From Lytechinus pictus (lineage: Eukaryota), in contig NC_087245.1 of NCBI RefSeq assembly GCF_037042905.1, positions 310,001-374,000 on the forward strand: 64,000 nt of DNA. The letters are read 5' to 3'. The notes under the pieces were generated by a model. It was not told the origin of the DNA. It ran no database searches and saw only the letters and a list, made by a program, of their open reading frames with translations. Both the position numbers and the translations under genes were made by a program. Each line of letters opens with the position of its first letter. Position 1 is the stretch's first letter. Of the stretch, positions 1-13,337 are shown piece by piece.

Positions 1-672
1 AATGCAAAATGCTGTTGATCAAAATCGGATAACAAATAACCGAGTTAATGAATTTTAAAGATTTGCATTATTCCGGTGAAACAGTTCTAGGCATGTCTTT
101 ATGAATATTCATTAGATGGGCTGATGATGTCATATCCCCACTTGTTTTTTTGTGTATTTTATTATATAAAATCAGGTTTAATAATTCAAATATTTTCGAA
201 CAAGAACTGAAACAATTGGTCTGGCAACTAAGTAAGTGCATTAGTTATTTATTGCCGCAACTTATTTTATCATAATGGAGACACATCATTTACTCATACT
301 GTAGAAGATAATTCATTAACAACCTCTTGAATTCATGATTGCTTCCTTTTAATATTTATTCATTTAATCTTTTTTTGTTAATAAGATTTTTGTACATGTG
401 ATATACAGTATGTCAATCTCACCCTTTGATTATTTCATGTAATAACAGAAGAAAAAGGAAAATGGGGATGTGACATCATCAGCCCACCGAATGAATATTC
501 ATGACGATGTGCATATAACTGTTTTCACAACATATTGATAAATTTTAAGATTTAATATCTTCGTTATTTGTTATCCGATTTTGATGAAATTTTCAGCATT
601 TTGCTCTGTGAATTTTACTCTGATTTATTTTAATATAAACTTTTATAAATATTTTCAGCCCGGACCATCCCT
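1..672. mobile_element. Kolobok-type non-autonomous DNA transposon, left end cut by the window
   Basis: Ends cccggaccatccct|TTAA; internally self-complementary; same family as 1096 and 39912-42899. AG..CT termini with TTAA flanks fit Kolobok (piggyBac would be CC..GG). Confidence 0.7.
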
Positions 673-1095
673 TTAACATGACTATATAGGCATGCTAGGA
701 GTATCCTGTTATTTTCATCCCGTCCATGCTTGAGAAATGAGTTTATACCAAGAAAGATGTAAAACGTAGTGATTTGATTTTGATTGGGATCCTTACCAAA
801 ATTCCCCATTTAGTAAAATGGTAAGGGCATGTATTTCATATCATTTACAATAAAACAATTTTAGTATGTACGTATTCATTATAATGATGAATCGGAATAG
901 TGACTTACGATTTTGTAGGCATTTGTCAAATATTCCTGGCTTACATGAACATGGGACGTTTTGCTGCCCCTTCCCTTGCTCCCCTACCTCTCTTTTCTCT
1001 CTCTCTCCCTCTCTCTTACTCAATAGAACCCCCTCTTTAACCCCCCCGTACTCTCTCTCTTGTGGATATTCATTTTCAGTACATCCCTTTATTAA

Positions 1096-1640
1096 AGGGA
1101 TGATCCGCGCTGACAATGATATGATTTAAACAGATAAAGAAAAATCTGACAAATAAAACACTGAAAATTTGATGAAAATCGGACAACGAATAACAAAGTT
1201 ATGGCATTTTAAAGATTTGCATTATTCCAGTGAAACAGTTCTAGGCATGTCTTCGTGAATATTTAATGAGCAAATTGATCATGTCATATCCCCACTTGTT
1301 CTTTTGTATTCAGGGGCCGCGGAACGGTTTTCAAAGTGGGGGGGGGGGGGGGGGCTGACCTTGCAAAAATTCACAATCGTATGGTCATTTTTACGTTTTT
1401 ATACATGGTTTTAGAAAAAAAAGGGGGGGGGGCTGAAGCCCCACCAGCCCCCCGCTTCCGCGGCCCCTGGTATTTTATTATATGAAATTAGGTTAATTTT
1501 GTTTTTCTACCAAGAACTGAAAAAATTAGATTTAAAACTGATTAGTGCATTTGATATATTAATTGCTGCAACTTATTTCATTATAAAGGAGATATATATT
1601 CACACATGTATGAAAAAATAAAACAATTATGATTTCATGT
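1096..1640. mobile_element. Truncated copy of the same Kolobok-type family
   Basis: TTAA|AGGGATGATCCG start; homologous to 1-400 and 39912-40110; interrupted by the MITE at 1311-1469. Confidence 0.7.
1311..1469. mobile_element. MITE with 14-bp TIR and 5-bp TSD (hAT5-like)
   Basis: TIR CAGGGGCCGCGGAA...TTCCGCGGCCCCTG; GTATT duplicated on both sides; internal poly-G. Confidence 0.8.
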
Positions 1641-4191
1641 AGGTCCAAGGTTTATACACATCAACATTTCACATTTTCAAAACGTCAACAACTCAATACA
1701 AACAATAATATTATACAATACAAATTTTCATAGATAAGCATAAATAAATATCGTAAAATATGAAATGTATACATAATATGAATATTACAAAGCTTATCGC
1801 AGCAACCATGAGCGGTGCTCATCAAAGTCAATGAATATACAGTCAATACATCTGGATTATCTTTGACAAATCACTCTTTATGCCAGATCAATAAAGCGCG
1901 AGAGCTTGATAAAAGAGGATCATTAATTGGTACATTAAGTATGGCCCAGTCGATCGTTTACCGTTTTACACTGTCCACCTGCAACAATAGGGAATCCCAT
2001 ACCCCCTTACCACAGTGTCCCTCATATACACCCCTATTAGAATCGTTGTCATCGTCGTCAAGGAGATGTTGATCACTCTCTGCCGTGAAAGGAAAGTGGT
2101 TACGTTGAAAGTGAGAGCACGTATAAATATAAACGTGTTATATTAAGAATAAAGGCGAATATAACAACTTACATAAAATAATAACAAATCAAGCTGATAT
2201 CATGATATACTGTAGGTAATTCACAAACCAAGTAAAGCAACAAGACTGTTAACCATTAATCTGTTTACTAATGTTATAATTGATTAGTGAACATGACCAT
2301 TCTATCAATGCAGTTTTCGTATACTGATTATTGTCACGTTGTAGGCCTACTCTAGCTATAAAACTGTGATCAGAAATTAGTTGAATGTTCAGCTAGAAAC
2401 GTATACAAGTTGTGAACCTTCTTCATTTTCCACTCAAAGGTTAATTTTTATTCCTATCACAGCTGCAACAAATCCAGAATCATTGATTGAACTCGTTTCC
2501 GTAACGATGCAAGAACCTTCCCCGTCTATATTACGGATATTACACTTTTCTGAATAGTTTTCTTGTGCAGTTCAGAATCAGAGATTCAAATTCATTTATT
2601 GGTCGATATAAAAAAAAACATAGAAATGTATCCTCCACTGGCAGTACACATAATATTAAGTATATGAATAAACTCTAATGACATATTAATTTGAAAATAT
2701 TAAAACATTGAGGGGTATATAGATGAACATTTATTGCCTTACAATGAAAAGGAATTGGCAAAATAATAATTACTCATACAGGCCCAGAATGAAAAACAGG
2801 TGGAGACACAAGAGCTCGCTATTGTTAATCACATCGCCGTCAAAAAAAGGGTAGGCATTTGTTGTTGAGATTAAAAAAGAGCGTGTCCCATGCCTCTTTG
2901 TGAACGTTGTGTGTCGATTCAATGGTCACTTTCCAAAGAAATAGACCCTCTTTACAAGGTAAGTAAACGTTATAATCTTTAACATGCACGGAGTTCTGTA
3001 GGATCCATGTCTGTTCTGAGACTCGGCATTTGCCAATTGATAGAAAGACGGTGGAAGATATTAAACTTGGATTACTAACAGTAACAAATGCATCTCATAC
3101 ATGCGCCTCGTTTTAAAGGGATTGTTTCCTGATACTAGTTTTATTGGAGTATGCCATCAGGTGAAGTAAGTTGAAAGTCAAACTTGTTTCTTTAATTTCG
3201 TGAGCCATGTTATCGTCGGTGAGCTATATCTCACCGGCATTAAGTGATTGATGGTACTGCTGTTGAACCGTGAACTAAATAGCTGTAATCTAACAAGTGT
3301 AAATTTCAAAGTACCAAATGTTTAATTAAAAATCATGTCTGATTGATATTGTGTATAAGGGACTATTTATGCTGTTAACTTTGATAAGCTCCTAAGTTGT
3401 ATTTTATGACGTTTTCACAATCTGATTTACATAAGACACAAACTTACACAATGTTTCATGGAAACATAATTCCTTGATGGTTTCAAGAACCCCCAATATT
3501 TGGTGCTTACCATTCTGATAATTATCATTCATGTCCTCTCAATAGCCTGATCAGATGGTTCGAGCGACATGTATCCTGTATCCTGTCGTCTATAGATATA
3601 ATTTGGAAGTGATCTTAAAATACGGTGTCAAGGTTTACATTTGTCGGCTGATATTCATGAAATATATTCTTATCTCTGACGGTTTAATAATTCAAAGTTT
3701 GATATAATAAAGAGGATGAATGCGATTTGACTATCAGATTATAACGGGGAACCAAGGGGCAATTTGGCAATTTGTCTCTCGGGCACGACTCTCAGCATAG
3801 ATGCCAAGGTTTAGGTTTGATCGGATCCCTACCAATTTCCCTAGCAGTAAGATAAAAATAAATGCAGGTCTGTAAATGAGAAATAATAACTTAGGATTCA
3901 GAGTGCTTCTTCTGTTAACTGCATGGGTAGCATTGATGCAGGATTCCCACGTCTTGCTGAATAAAATTCTAGTTTAATTTTGCTTGTATTATTTCCTCAT
4001 TTCGAAGATCTACTTAATTATAGTAATAATTGAGGATATATCTGGCGGGGTATACTCGATCCTTACCTTCAGACATAGACCTACTACCATGCTTCAGATT
4101 ACCGTATTATTACCAGGTCATGCTACACAATTTAACCGTACCATGGTCCATGATCGTACTAACCCTGTCTCTCGGGCAACGTCTTTCTTAA

Positions 4192-4585
4192 AGATAAATT
4201 CCAGTTTTGGTAACGATCTAAAAATGACTTTTTACAGAATCTAATATAATGACCACCTAAGTGTCTGTTTGTATGAATAAAAAATATGTGCCAAAGGATT
4301 CTGGAAGAAATTGTGTGATTGCTGAGAAATAAGCAAAATAAGCGCGGATTCGGTCACTTCCGTCGGGTCTTTATTTTAGCAATAATAATACACTGTCCCA
4401 CGTGTGCCTATCTGTGTTGGTGATCTTCAGTGTGAACATTTTTCAGCGTAGATTTCAAGATTTCACAAAGTTCAGTTTATGTAACTGTACCAGATCTAGA
4501 TCCTCGATGGTATACTGACAATTAAGCCTTGTTTTACAGACTTTCTCATGAAATCAGTGTTTACTGCAAATACTGGAATTTCTCT
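4192..4585. mobile_element. Kolobok-type MITE, second family
   Basis: TTAA|AGATAAATTCCAGT...ACTGGAATTTCTCT|TTAA. Confidence 0.75.
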
Positions 4586-5115
4586 TTAAATCAATTATAG
4601 ATCTAAAATGCTGTAGGGTCATGAGGGTCTTACGATGCATGATGTCTTTTCCCTTTCCGCTGACCAACTGTATGGAGAAATTGGGTTTGGTTTCTGACGC
4701 AGTCAAATAATCGAATCCAACGTACAATCAGTCGCTTGAGATGGTGTGATTGCTACATACCCAACCATATTAAATCGAAACATTACATAATTTCAATACT
4801 GTTACAGCATCTAAAGAATGCAACAACATCCCCCTTTCATCAAATCATCAAACACAACAGATCAATTTAAGAAATCTCTAAAAGCGTACCTCTTTTCTAA
4901 TTAGTCATTTTCTTTTTATCTCCTCTTTTCTAAGACTAAGATTTTTTTAAAGATAGCAAGAGAAAGAAATGGGACGGATAAACGATACAGTGTTCAGTGA
5001 TTTTTGTATTCATTCATTAAAACACATTCCCTAATACAACAGGACCAGTTACAGAATACTGGTTTTTATCTTTGTCCTGGAAAATTACAGTAAAAGTAGC
5101 TTATACAAACATTAA

Positions 5116-5444
5116 AGGAGAATGAAACATAACATAAATTGAAGTTATTGAATTTAAAGAAGATGTCCCACTTTCATTTTCTCATTACATAAACTGATGA
5201 TTATTTGATATTTTCATATAAGTGTTTATGATGTGTCTACCTTGTAAAAAAATTTAGATGCAGCGATGACTTTACACACTTCAGTTGCCAGTGCAGTTGA
5301 GAAGTTTTGCCGATAAAAATGGGAAACTGTAAAATGTAATAACCTTGTTCCTTGTTCGATTTTGATGAAAATTTGAGTGTTTTATTTGTCTGGTTTTACT
5401 ATATCTATTCAGATCATATTATTTTCAGCCTTGAGTGTACCTCT
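5116..5444. mobile_element. Degenerate Kolobok-type MITE
   Basis: TTAA|AGG...CTCT|TTAA; right half resembles 540-672. Confidence 0.5.
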
Positions 5445-6297
5445 TTAAGAGCCGTAATAGTTTGCAAATAATCTAAAATAACTCTAAAAATGGGGTCAAA
5501 CAAGTCCACTTTCACATAATAGTACCATGATTCACTAATAAGTATTTTAAAACACGTAATTCAAGTGCTAATGGCTATTCTATGGATTCATGATTAGGTA
5601 GCATCAGCATTTTTAATGCACTTATAGAAGCCACCTTGGATTTTTTTAAAGGGAAAGTTACCACCTTATTACTTGTGATATTTAACCCTTCAAACAATAT
5701 GGTGTACACATCAAAATCATTTTCAACTGGATATTGTATGAAACTATGAACATTTTAAGTGGGGGAGTCATTTTATAAACCATTTTAAAAGGCATGCATC
5801 TTTGATTTTTGTGGCTAAATGGACATTTGCATATCATTGTAACTAGTCCCAGAATGTTATTTCACCCTTGGAACCATAGTATAGACGCCAAACCCATATC
5901 TTCTAGGTGGATTTCAATAAAATGATGTATGTCCATATTTAAGTAACAACATCCATTTTTGTGGAAGCCATCTGGGATTTTCGGCAGCGGCATAACAGGG
6001 TCAGTGGCCAGGGGGGGGGGGGGGGTGGCAAGAGCCAAAAATTTCCCGGTCATATCATGGTATGAACAGGGGTAATGGTGTAATGAGGAGAATATTTTGA
6101 GAAGGCCAGATATTGCGTATCGGGCAGAATTTATCTTTAAAAAGCGAGCGAGCAAAAATTTTGACCTTTTTAATACAAAAATCAAATTTTTTGATGAATT
6201 TTGAAATGATATCCAGAGAATAATATATTTCACTCTTCTCTCTTTAGATTCCTTTTATTTGTGGTCTGTACGCCACTGTAAACAGGATTCTTTGCGG

Positions 6298-6662
6298 CAG
6301 TAGCGTGAAGAGTAAAAAAAACCAGAGGCGCAGTATAGCACATGTGCTAAAAAGCTGCTTTATATAAGTCCCGAGCGAGCGAAGCGAGCGAGAAAAATCA
6401 CCTTTTCATGATAGTAATAATACTACTAATAATACTTCTCTTATATAGCGCATAATAAACTGAAAGTTTCTCTACGCGCTTTACAATAAAGGAAAAAAAA
6501 TACACATACTGCAAACAAAGAAGAATCTAACTCTGAGCTATTTTTGACATATTCAGTAAATAAAATCATATTCTACACTTTTCCTTTGCTTTTCTTTCCT
6601 CCTTTTTTTAAATTGTTTGTAGAACTTTTGGGGGCCTTGGTCCAACCCTTCCATACGCAGTG
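6298..6662. mobile_element. hAT-like MITE
   Basis: CAGTAGCGT...TACGCAGTG ends; 8-bp TSD CTTTGCGG/CTGTGCGG; internal gcgagcgaagcgagc motif. Confidence 0.55.
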
Positions 6663-6932
6663 CTGTGCGGTTGGGGTCCGGGGCGGAGCCCCTGGAACTT
6701 CTTGATATCAAAGCCATTTAAACCTCGCAGATTGCCGCTATTTTAATCAAATCGCGGGCATATACAGGATATAGCTTTTACACAACACATTTATTCAACC
6801 CAGTTGCGTAATGAACCAATTATTTTGAGGGGGCAAAACATAGCAATGTGGGGGAAATCTGTAAAAAGTCGCCAGCGTGCAAAGCGAGCTGGAAAAAAAA
6901 TTGCCTATTGAAATTAAATAGACCAGTTCGTA

Positions 6933-7340
6933 GTTACTTCATGGACAATTTTGGTCAAATGACCTTTCATTTATTTCATTGTGATAGGCAGATTTCAAAG
7001 CAAGATATTACGTATGCATGCCTTACATAGCAGGATGAAGAAATTGAATAGACCAGGTGACTAGAATAGCACACCAGTAAACACTCCATGAAGGTATTTG
7101 TTGTATTTCTACTTTGAATGCATATTATAGCATTTCATGGTTACTTCATGGACAATTTTGGTCAAATGACCTTTCATATATTTCATTGTGATAGGCAGAT
7201 TTCAAAGCAAGATATTACGTATGCATGCCTTACATAGCAGGGTGAAGAAATTGAATAGACCAGGTGACTAGAATAGCACACCAGTAAACACTCCATGAAG
7301 GTATTTGTTGTATTTCTACTTTGAATGCATATTATAGCAT
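6933..7340. repeat. Near-identical 207-bp tandem duplication
   Basis: gttacttcatggacaattttgg... starts at 6933 and again at 7140, with only a few substitutions. Confidence 0.9.
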
Positions 7341-8073
7341 GCTGTACAATGTACTTGACAAACTGTGAAATACCATAAATACCTTATCATAACTTTGAAA
7401 GTTTATGGATAGAGTGAATGAAATGTGGACATGGGTGTAGTTGATAAGTCTTAAGTCACCGTTCAAATGTCATTTGTGGTCAATTAATGTGGTATTATTA
7501 TTATTATTATTATTATTTATTCGGCAAATAACATTCAAAAATGCATTTCAATGTAAACAATACAAAATAAGAAATATCAACCAGTGGAACGCCAGGGACA
7601 GAAAAAGTTAACTTAATTACTTTGGCATGAAGCCTCCTGTCCCAATTCCAATGGTTGATTTACAATTTATATTAATAACTAAACAATAATAAAATACTCA
7701 TAATTATAAAGGGGTGTAGCATGAGATTAATAAAATATATAAATAAATTTAGTTACTTGTAACTGAAAATGAGTGAAAATGACGGGGAAAGAGAATAAAG
7801 AAAGCTGAATGAAGGTGACAAAAAGAAAGGAAAGGAGAGAGTGGGAGAGAGGGGTGGGAAAGGAAAAGAAAAAGTGACACAGGCAAATGAATTGTGAACG
7901 CACCCAAAATGGTACAATAATACTTAAAATAAGACTTAACTTCTAAGGAAATTATGTCATTATATGAATGGTGTTTTTGTGAATGATTATTTTATAGTAG
8001 TTTTGAAAGTTAGCACTGCTGCTAAATTAAATCGCGTAATGCAGGCGAGACTGCCAGAGGCGTTCCACTTGTT
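7340..8073 (+). mobile_element. Fragmented HINE/Tsp-like element (3' end), interrupted by an AT-rich insertion
   Basis: catcataactttgaaagtttatggat core fragment, and the 3' end gcaggcgagactgccagaggcgttccacttgtt shared with 18250-18282 and 23324-23356. Confidence 0.55.
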
Positions 8074-8129
8074 CTTTTATTTTCCCGGTGTAATCCGCCA
8101 GGGGGGGGGGGGGGGCAACCCCCCCCCCC

Positions 8130-8880
8130 CGCCTGTTACGCCACTGATTTTTGGACATACTGTACAGCTGACTGTCCCTTTAACTTGAACCAATGTATTA
8201 CTTGACCCTTTACACCATGGTTAACTGGTTGAGACACCCACAAGATGATATTAGACGTACTAGGTCGGATTTTATTTAACGTCAGCCATTTTAGACTCAA
8301 CTATTGGAAGCCATGTTGGATTTTTGGACAAACTGGACCACTGACTGTCCTTGTAACCCATCCCAATGTATTACTCCACCCTTGAACATGTTTAAACCAT
8401 GGTTTAGACAGGCGGAAAAACGCATTTGACAGATTTTAATAAACGATTTTGGATGCACCGGGCCACTGAATATCCTTGTCACTTGTCCCAATGTACTTCT
8501 TGACATTCAAAACCACGAATAAAAACAAATTAAAAACACTAATATAGGTAGTGGATGATGGGTATTTTAGGCTTCGGCAGCCAATATGGAAGCCATCTTT
8601 GATTTCCAGCTACACCGAAATAGGATGTTTAGGGTGGACGAAGAGTCAGTTATGTTCATTTTCTGTGAATGTTGGCCATCTTGCACGACATCTTGAATCT
8701 AAACAACTTTCCCGGATTCGGATTTTGCCAGATTTTTAGGGGGGGGGGGGTCAAACCATATATTGACCAACTATTAGTCCAAAATAGGTGTAGAATGGCG
8801 GCTTTATGTTTTGCCAATTTGAATATTATTAACAAATTCAGCATATTTGGATTCAGCAGCCTTGAATTATGCTAAAACAT
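8130..8880 (-). repeat. Old interspersed repeat, inverted relative of 21100-22480 (further pieces at about 5470-5990)
   Basis: gggtcaaaccatatattgacc near 8748-8768 is the reverse complement of about 21115-21135; repeated gccatcttggatttt-type motifs. Confidence 0.6.
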
Positions 8881-11149
8881 TTCACAGGGGCAGCGGAACG
8901 TTTTTTAAATTGGGGGGGGGGGGGTGGCAGACCATGCAAAAACAAATCATAATTAGATGGTCATTTTTTGTGCACGGTTTAAAAAAAGTGCAGCCCCCTC
9001 CTCCCCCGTTTCCAGGGCCCCTGACTTAATTCAGCATTATCACGATTTGCCTAAAGCACCCATCACACTTTTTCGGAATCAGCAGGAATCAAGCAGAAGC
9101 TGGAAAGAAAAAATATTCAAAAAAATCTAGAAATTTTTTGGGAGGAACTTATGAATTCACCAAACTGGAGTTGAAATTCAGTAAATTGACCAGGTGTATC
9201 ATCATACACTAGTAAAAATGAACCGCAATGGAGTCAGATTGATAATTCGTGCTACGATCTTGGAAATATCCTGACTGCATTCTGAGTGCATTCGAAATAT
9301 TTCTGTCATTTCTTTTGGCCGTCCCGAAGGTTTTGGTCATGTTCAAAACATTCGAGGGATATTTTCGAACGGTGTTCGAAGTAGATTTAAATGACCAACT
9401 GGTGGTCAAACAAATAGTCCTTTCATTCAGGCCAATTCTGCTTGATTCGGAATAAGTGTGATGGGGGCTTTTGGCATTCTACTTTTTCTCAAGTATGAAC
9501 CTGTCTAATAACAAAAACAGTCCGCAACCACATTGTACTCGAAGTCAACCGAAGTTTTATGCTGTACAGTGGCGAACCTTGGGTCACGGCATTGGGGGGG
9601 GGGGGGGGGCACCAGTAAAAAAAATTGAGTCTCTAAGTGGGCGCACGAAGCGCGCTCAATAGCCAGGTATTCTGACCTAATATTTTAAGAAATTTGCCAT
9701 TAAACTGATGTATATCTTACTGATCAAATTATTTTTTTTTATAAATATTTTTTTTATATTCAGACATAGACATGATAGAGAAGGGATATAATAAGCAATA
9801 TTTTTATAATCATATACGCACCTGTCTCCCTAAACAAACAATGCGAGCGCAGAGCACGAGCTGAAATTTGTGACTTTTGATTCAGTGACCAAGATGCTGT
9901 ACATGTCATTTTATTTCTTTGTAATAAAGATAATCACGTCCTGTTGGGTATGTGATTACTAATGGATATTGCACCATACCTGTGTACAAAATTATTTATT
10001 TCTATGGGGTGAATTTTTGTGTGCAGCCTTTGAAAGAGTGGGTACTTTATTTTGCTGGCCAGTTTATATATATATATAACATATGTACAGTGTATGTATA
10101 TATGGCTCATGAGAAAGAGACACATATCTCACCAACAAATCAATGCGAGCAAACAGGAAAAAGGTTACCTGTTAGGACTGTTTGTAGTAACTCATGAGGA
10201 TACATATCTCACTACACAGATAATGCGAGTGCCGAGAGCGAGCTGAAATTTCTTTATATTCTGACCTGAGAGCTTGATATTCTAAGCATTTTTGGTACAA
10301 ACAATAGATGCGAGCGTGCGAGCTGAAAATTTTCATGTTTCGATCTGAAGTTTAATGGACGTTTTTAATAAAGAACAAAAGATTATTGCAAATCGAAGCG
10401 GGAGTTCTTTCGACGTTTAGAACTGAAAATGAGACATTCTATTCACCTATTTAATCATGAAAAGTAGGGGGGTTCTAAAGAAATGATGCGAACGCGAAGC
10501 GCGAGCTGAAATTTTTTTTAATTTCAATCTGAAAAGCGGACATTTTGAGCACGATTTTAAATAAAGAACGAGTTGTGTATCTCAATCTCGCTTGCCGATT
10601 TCCGTTTACAATTACAATCTTATTTTATTTTTGCACATTCGGAATTATTGGGGGAGCAAAACGATATGTTTGCCCCCCAATATTTTCATTGGTAGGGCGA
10701 TCGCCCTCCCCCTGCCCCCCAGGATCGACGCCTCTGCAGTCACAATCCACTAATGCGTACGTAAGCACAGACTGGAAATGTTTTATATTCAGACTTTAAG
10801 AGGGGGCAATCACTTTAAGAAGCAGGGATTTCTTAAGGTTTTTAGACTAAAAATCGGACATTCCATGCATTTTTTGTAATCATGAAAAGGAAGGGTATCA
10901 ATGACTGATGCGAGCGCGAAGCGAGCTAAAATTCTTTTATATTTTGACTTGAAAACTAAACACTTTTTACACGTTTTAAAGTAAGAACAAACTCAGATTT
11001 GGCATCTATAATTGAACAAGCTGTGTATCTCAATAAACATAATGCGAGCGCGAGCTGAGAATTTTTGACATTTTTACTTGAAAACTTAACATTTTTACAC
11101 GTTTTTATAGCAAGAACAAGCTGAGATTCGGCATCTGTAAGAAACATAT

Positions 11150-11416
11150 TCAATAATATAGGATTTGTATAGCGCACGTATCCACCTTGCTAGGTGCTCA
11201 AGGCGCTCCTATATTACCCCGGCTAAGCTAGTCTATGGATTCTGGTGTGCACAACTTTTTTGAGGAATTACTTCCTGCCGGTACCCATTTGCCTCACCTG
11301 GGTTGAGTACAGCACAATGTGGATAAATTTCTTGTTGAAGGAAAGCACGCCATAGCTTCGAATCGAACCTACGTCCTTCAGATTGAAAAACGGGAGTTTT
11401 AACCACTAGACCACGG
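11150..11416 (-). mobile_element. tRNA-derived SINE
   Basis: On the minus strand: A box TGGTCTAGTGG, B box GGTTCGATTCG, central cccaggtgaggcaaatgggtacc domain, AT-rich tail; homologous to the copies at 40792 and 55433. Confidence 0.85.
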
Positions 11417-11809
11417 CAGTGGCGGACCGTGACCCGGAGGCGACAATGATTGGAGGGGCACTGTATTGTTCGTGGACAATGTTGTGCCCCTCCAATGCCT
11501 CCAATGAGGGCGTATATATATATATATATATTTGGTGTATATTGACTTGAAATTGGGATGTTTTAATACCATTTACTCCCCTTGATGAGGATTATTTATA
11601 TCATTAAACAGACACTGCGAGCATCATGAGTGATGATCACAGAGGCCCAAAGCAAATTACGTTTCATAAAGTTATTAAAAAATGTATTTTTATGTAATAT
11701 AATATGACATGTATAATGTGATATGATATAATATAGTATGGTATAATATAATTATATAATAATTCCTCCTTCCCTCACTACGTTTCTATTCCCCCGTTTT
11801 CTTAGACTT

Positions 11810-12783
11810 AGGAATCCAAATGTCGTCCGTCCGTCCGTCGTCTGTCACCCGTCCGTCACAAACCTTATGACACATAACTCCACAACCGTAAATCACTTTT
11901 CAACCAAACTTGCATGGTAAATGGACTTGGGGGACCTGCATGTTATGCTGCAGTCGGAGGTCACATGGTAAGGTCAAAGGTCATGTTCTGGTCAACGTTA
12001 AAGTTTACATGCAAGACTCTCTTATGACACCTAACTCCGCAACCGTAAGTCAATTTTTAACCAAACTTGGATGGTTGATGGACTTGGGGGACCTGCATGT
12101 TAGGCTGCAGTCGGAGGTCACATGGTAAGGTCAAAGGTCATGTTCTGGTCAACGTTAAAGTTTACATGCAAGACTCTCTTATGACACCTAACTCCGCAAC
12201 CGTAAGTCAATTTTTAACCAAACTTGGATGGTTGATGGACTTGGGGGACCTGCATGTTAGGCTGCAGTCGGAGGTCAAATGGTAAGGTCAAAGGTCATTT
12301 TCAGGTCAGCGTTATAAAGTTGACATGCAAGACTCTTAATGACACCTAACTCCGCAACCGTAAGTCACTTTTCAACCAAATTTGCATGGTAGATGGACTT
12401 GGGGGACCTGCATATTATGCTGCAGTTGGAGCTCTCATGGTAAGGTCAAAGGTCATGTTCAGGTCAACGTTAAAGTTTATATGCAAGATTCTCTTATGAC
12501 ACCTAGCTCCGCAACCGTAAGTCACTTTTCAACCAAACTTGGATGGTAGATGTACTTAGGCGACCTGCTCGTTATGCTGCAATCGGAGGTCACATGCTAA
12601 GGTCAAAGTTCATTTTCAGGTCAACATGAAAGTTTACGTGCAAGACTCATATGACAAGTGTTATTCCATCCCAGTCATTTCAAAATGAAGTTTCGATACA
12701 ATTCTGTTGCGTACCCTTGCAAATCACGATATTTCTGGTAATTTTATAAATGGGCGAGACACAAAATCGCTTTTGCCTTGTTT
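11810..12783 (+). mobile_element. HINE/Tsp-like (Helentron-associated) element with five ~157-bp tandem monomers
   Basis: (GTCC)n microsatellite at about 11824-11856; monomers start at 11867, 12024, 12181, 12339 and 12496; 3' ggcgagac subterminal motif then cttgtttc into a T-rich flank. Confidence 0.75.
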
Positions 12784-13337
12784 CTTTCTTTTTGTGTCCA
12801 GCCGATGAGGATGGGGCACGTGCCCCTGTAGTTACACCGCTGATGCTGTACATCATAATTGTTTTGATAGTCCATATGACAACTAGCCGGATAAATATCT
12901 ATATTGTTTACAATGTTTCATCGATGTCCCTCCTTTTGTTTGTGAGTTATTAGATGTTTACCTTTTGGATCAAACTCTCAATGTTCACGATGTTTGCAGA
13001 AGAATGGATGGACACCAAACCTTTCAATCCCTACCATGTTCTTTATGTATCTTCTCGACTCTCTGAACTTTCCAACTAATGATACTCGTCTGGTAGGCTG
13101 GGTTATTCAGACAATATCCAAGGAGAATATCCACATCAGAACTGCTCTTTACTTCAAACCATCTTATTGCAAAGAGCTAGTAGTACCTTTGTCCACGATA
13201 CAAAATTAGAATCAAAGATTGATCTGCTAATTGAATATCTGAGGTCAGCCAGGAATGGCAAGAGGGTTCTAAGCCAAGTTGTCAGCTATTTGCGTTTACG
13301 GTACCAACATACTGGTAAGAATTCTTTCGGCATGCAT

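Larger units (their letters stand above)
9567..12842. mobile_element. 3.3-kb composite non-autonomous hAT-like element with nested insertions
   Basis: Perfect 8-bp TSD ATGCTGTA at 9559-9566 and 12843-12850; imperfect TIR CAGTGGCGAAC / GTTACACCGCTG; internal repeated gcgagcgcgaagcgcgagctgaaa modules. Confidence 0.75.

Noticed and set aside
1..676. piggyBac assignment for the TTAA-flanked elements
   Set aside because: Termini read TTAA-AG..CT-TTAA rather than TTAA-CC..GG-TTAA, which fits Kolobok better.
2900..2966. Strong donor AAG|GTAAGT at about 2958 as an exon of another gene
   Set aside because: No supporting ORF or matching acceptor; cannot be distinguished from chance without transcripts.
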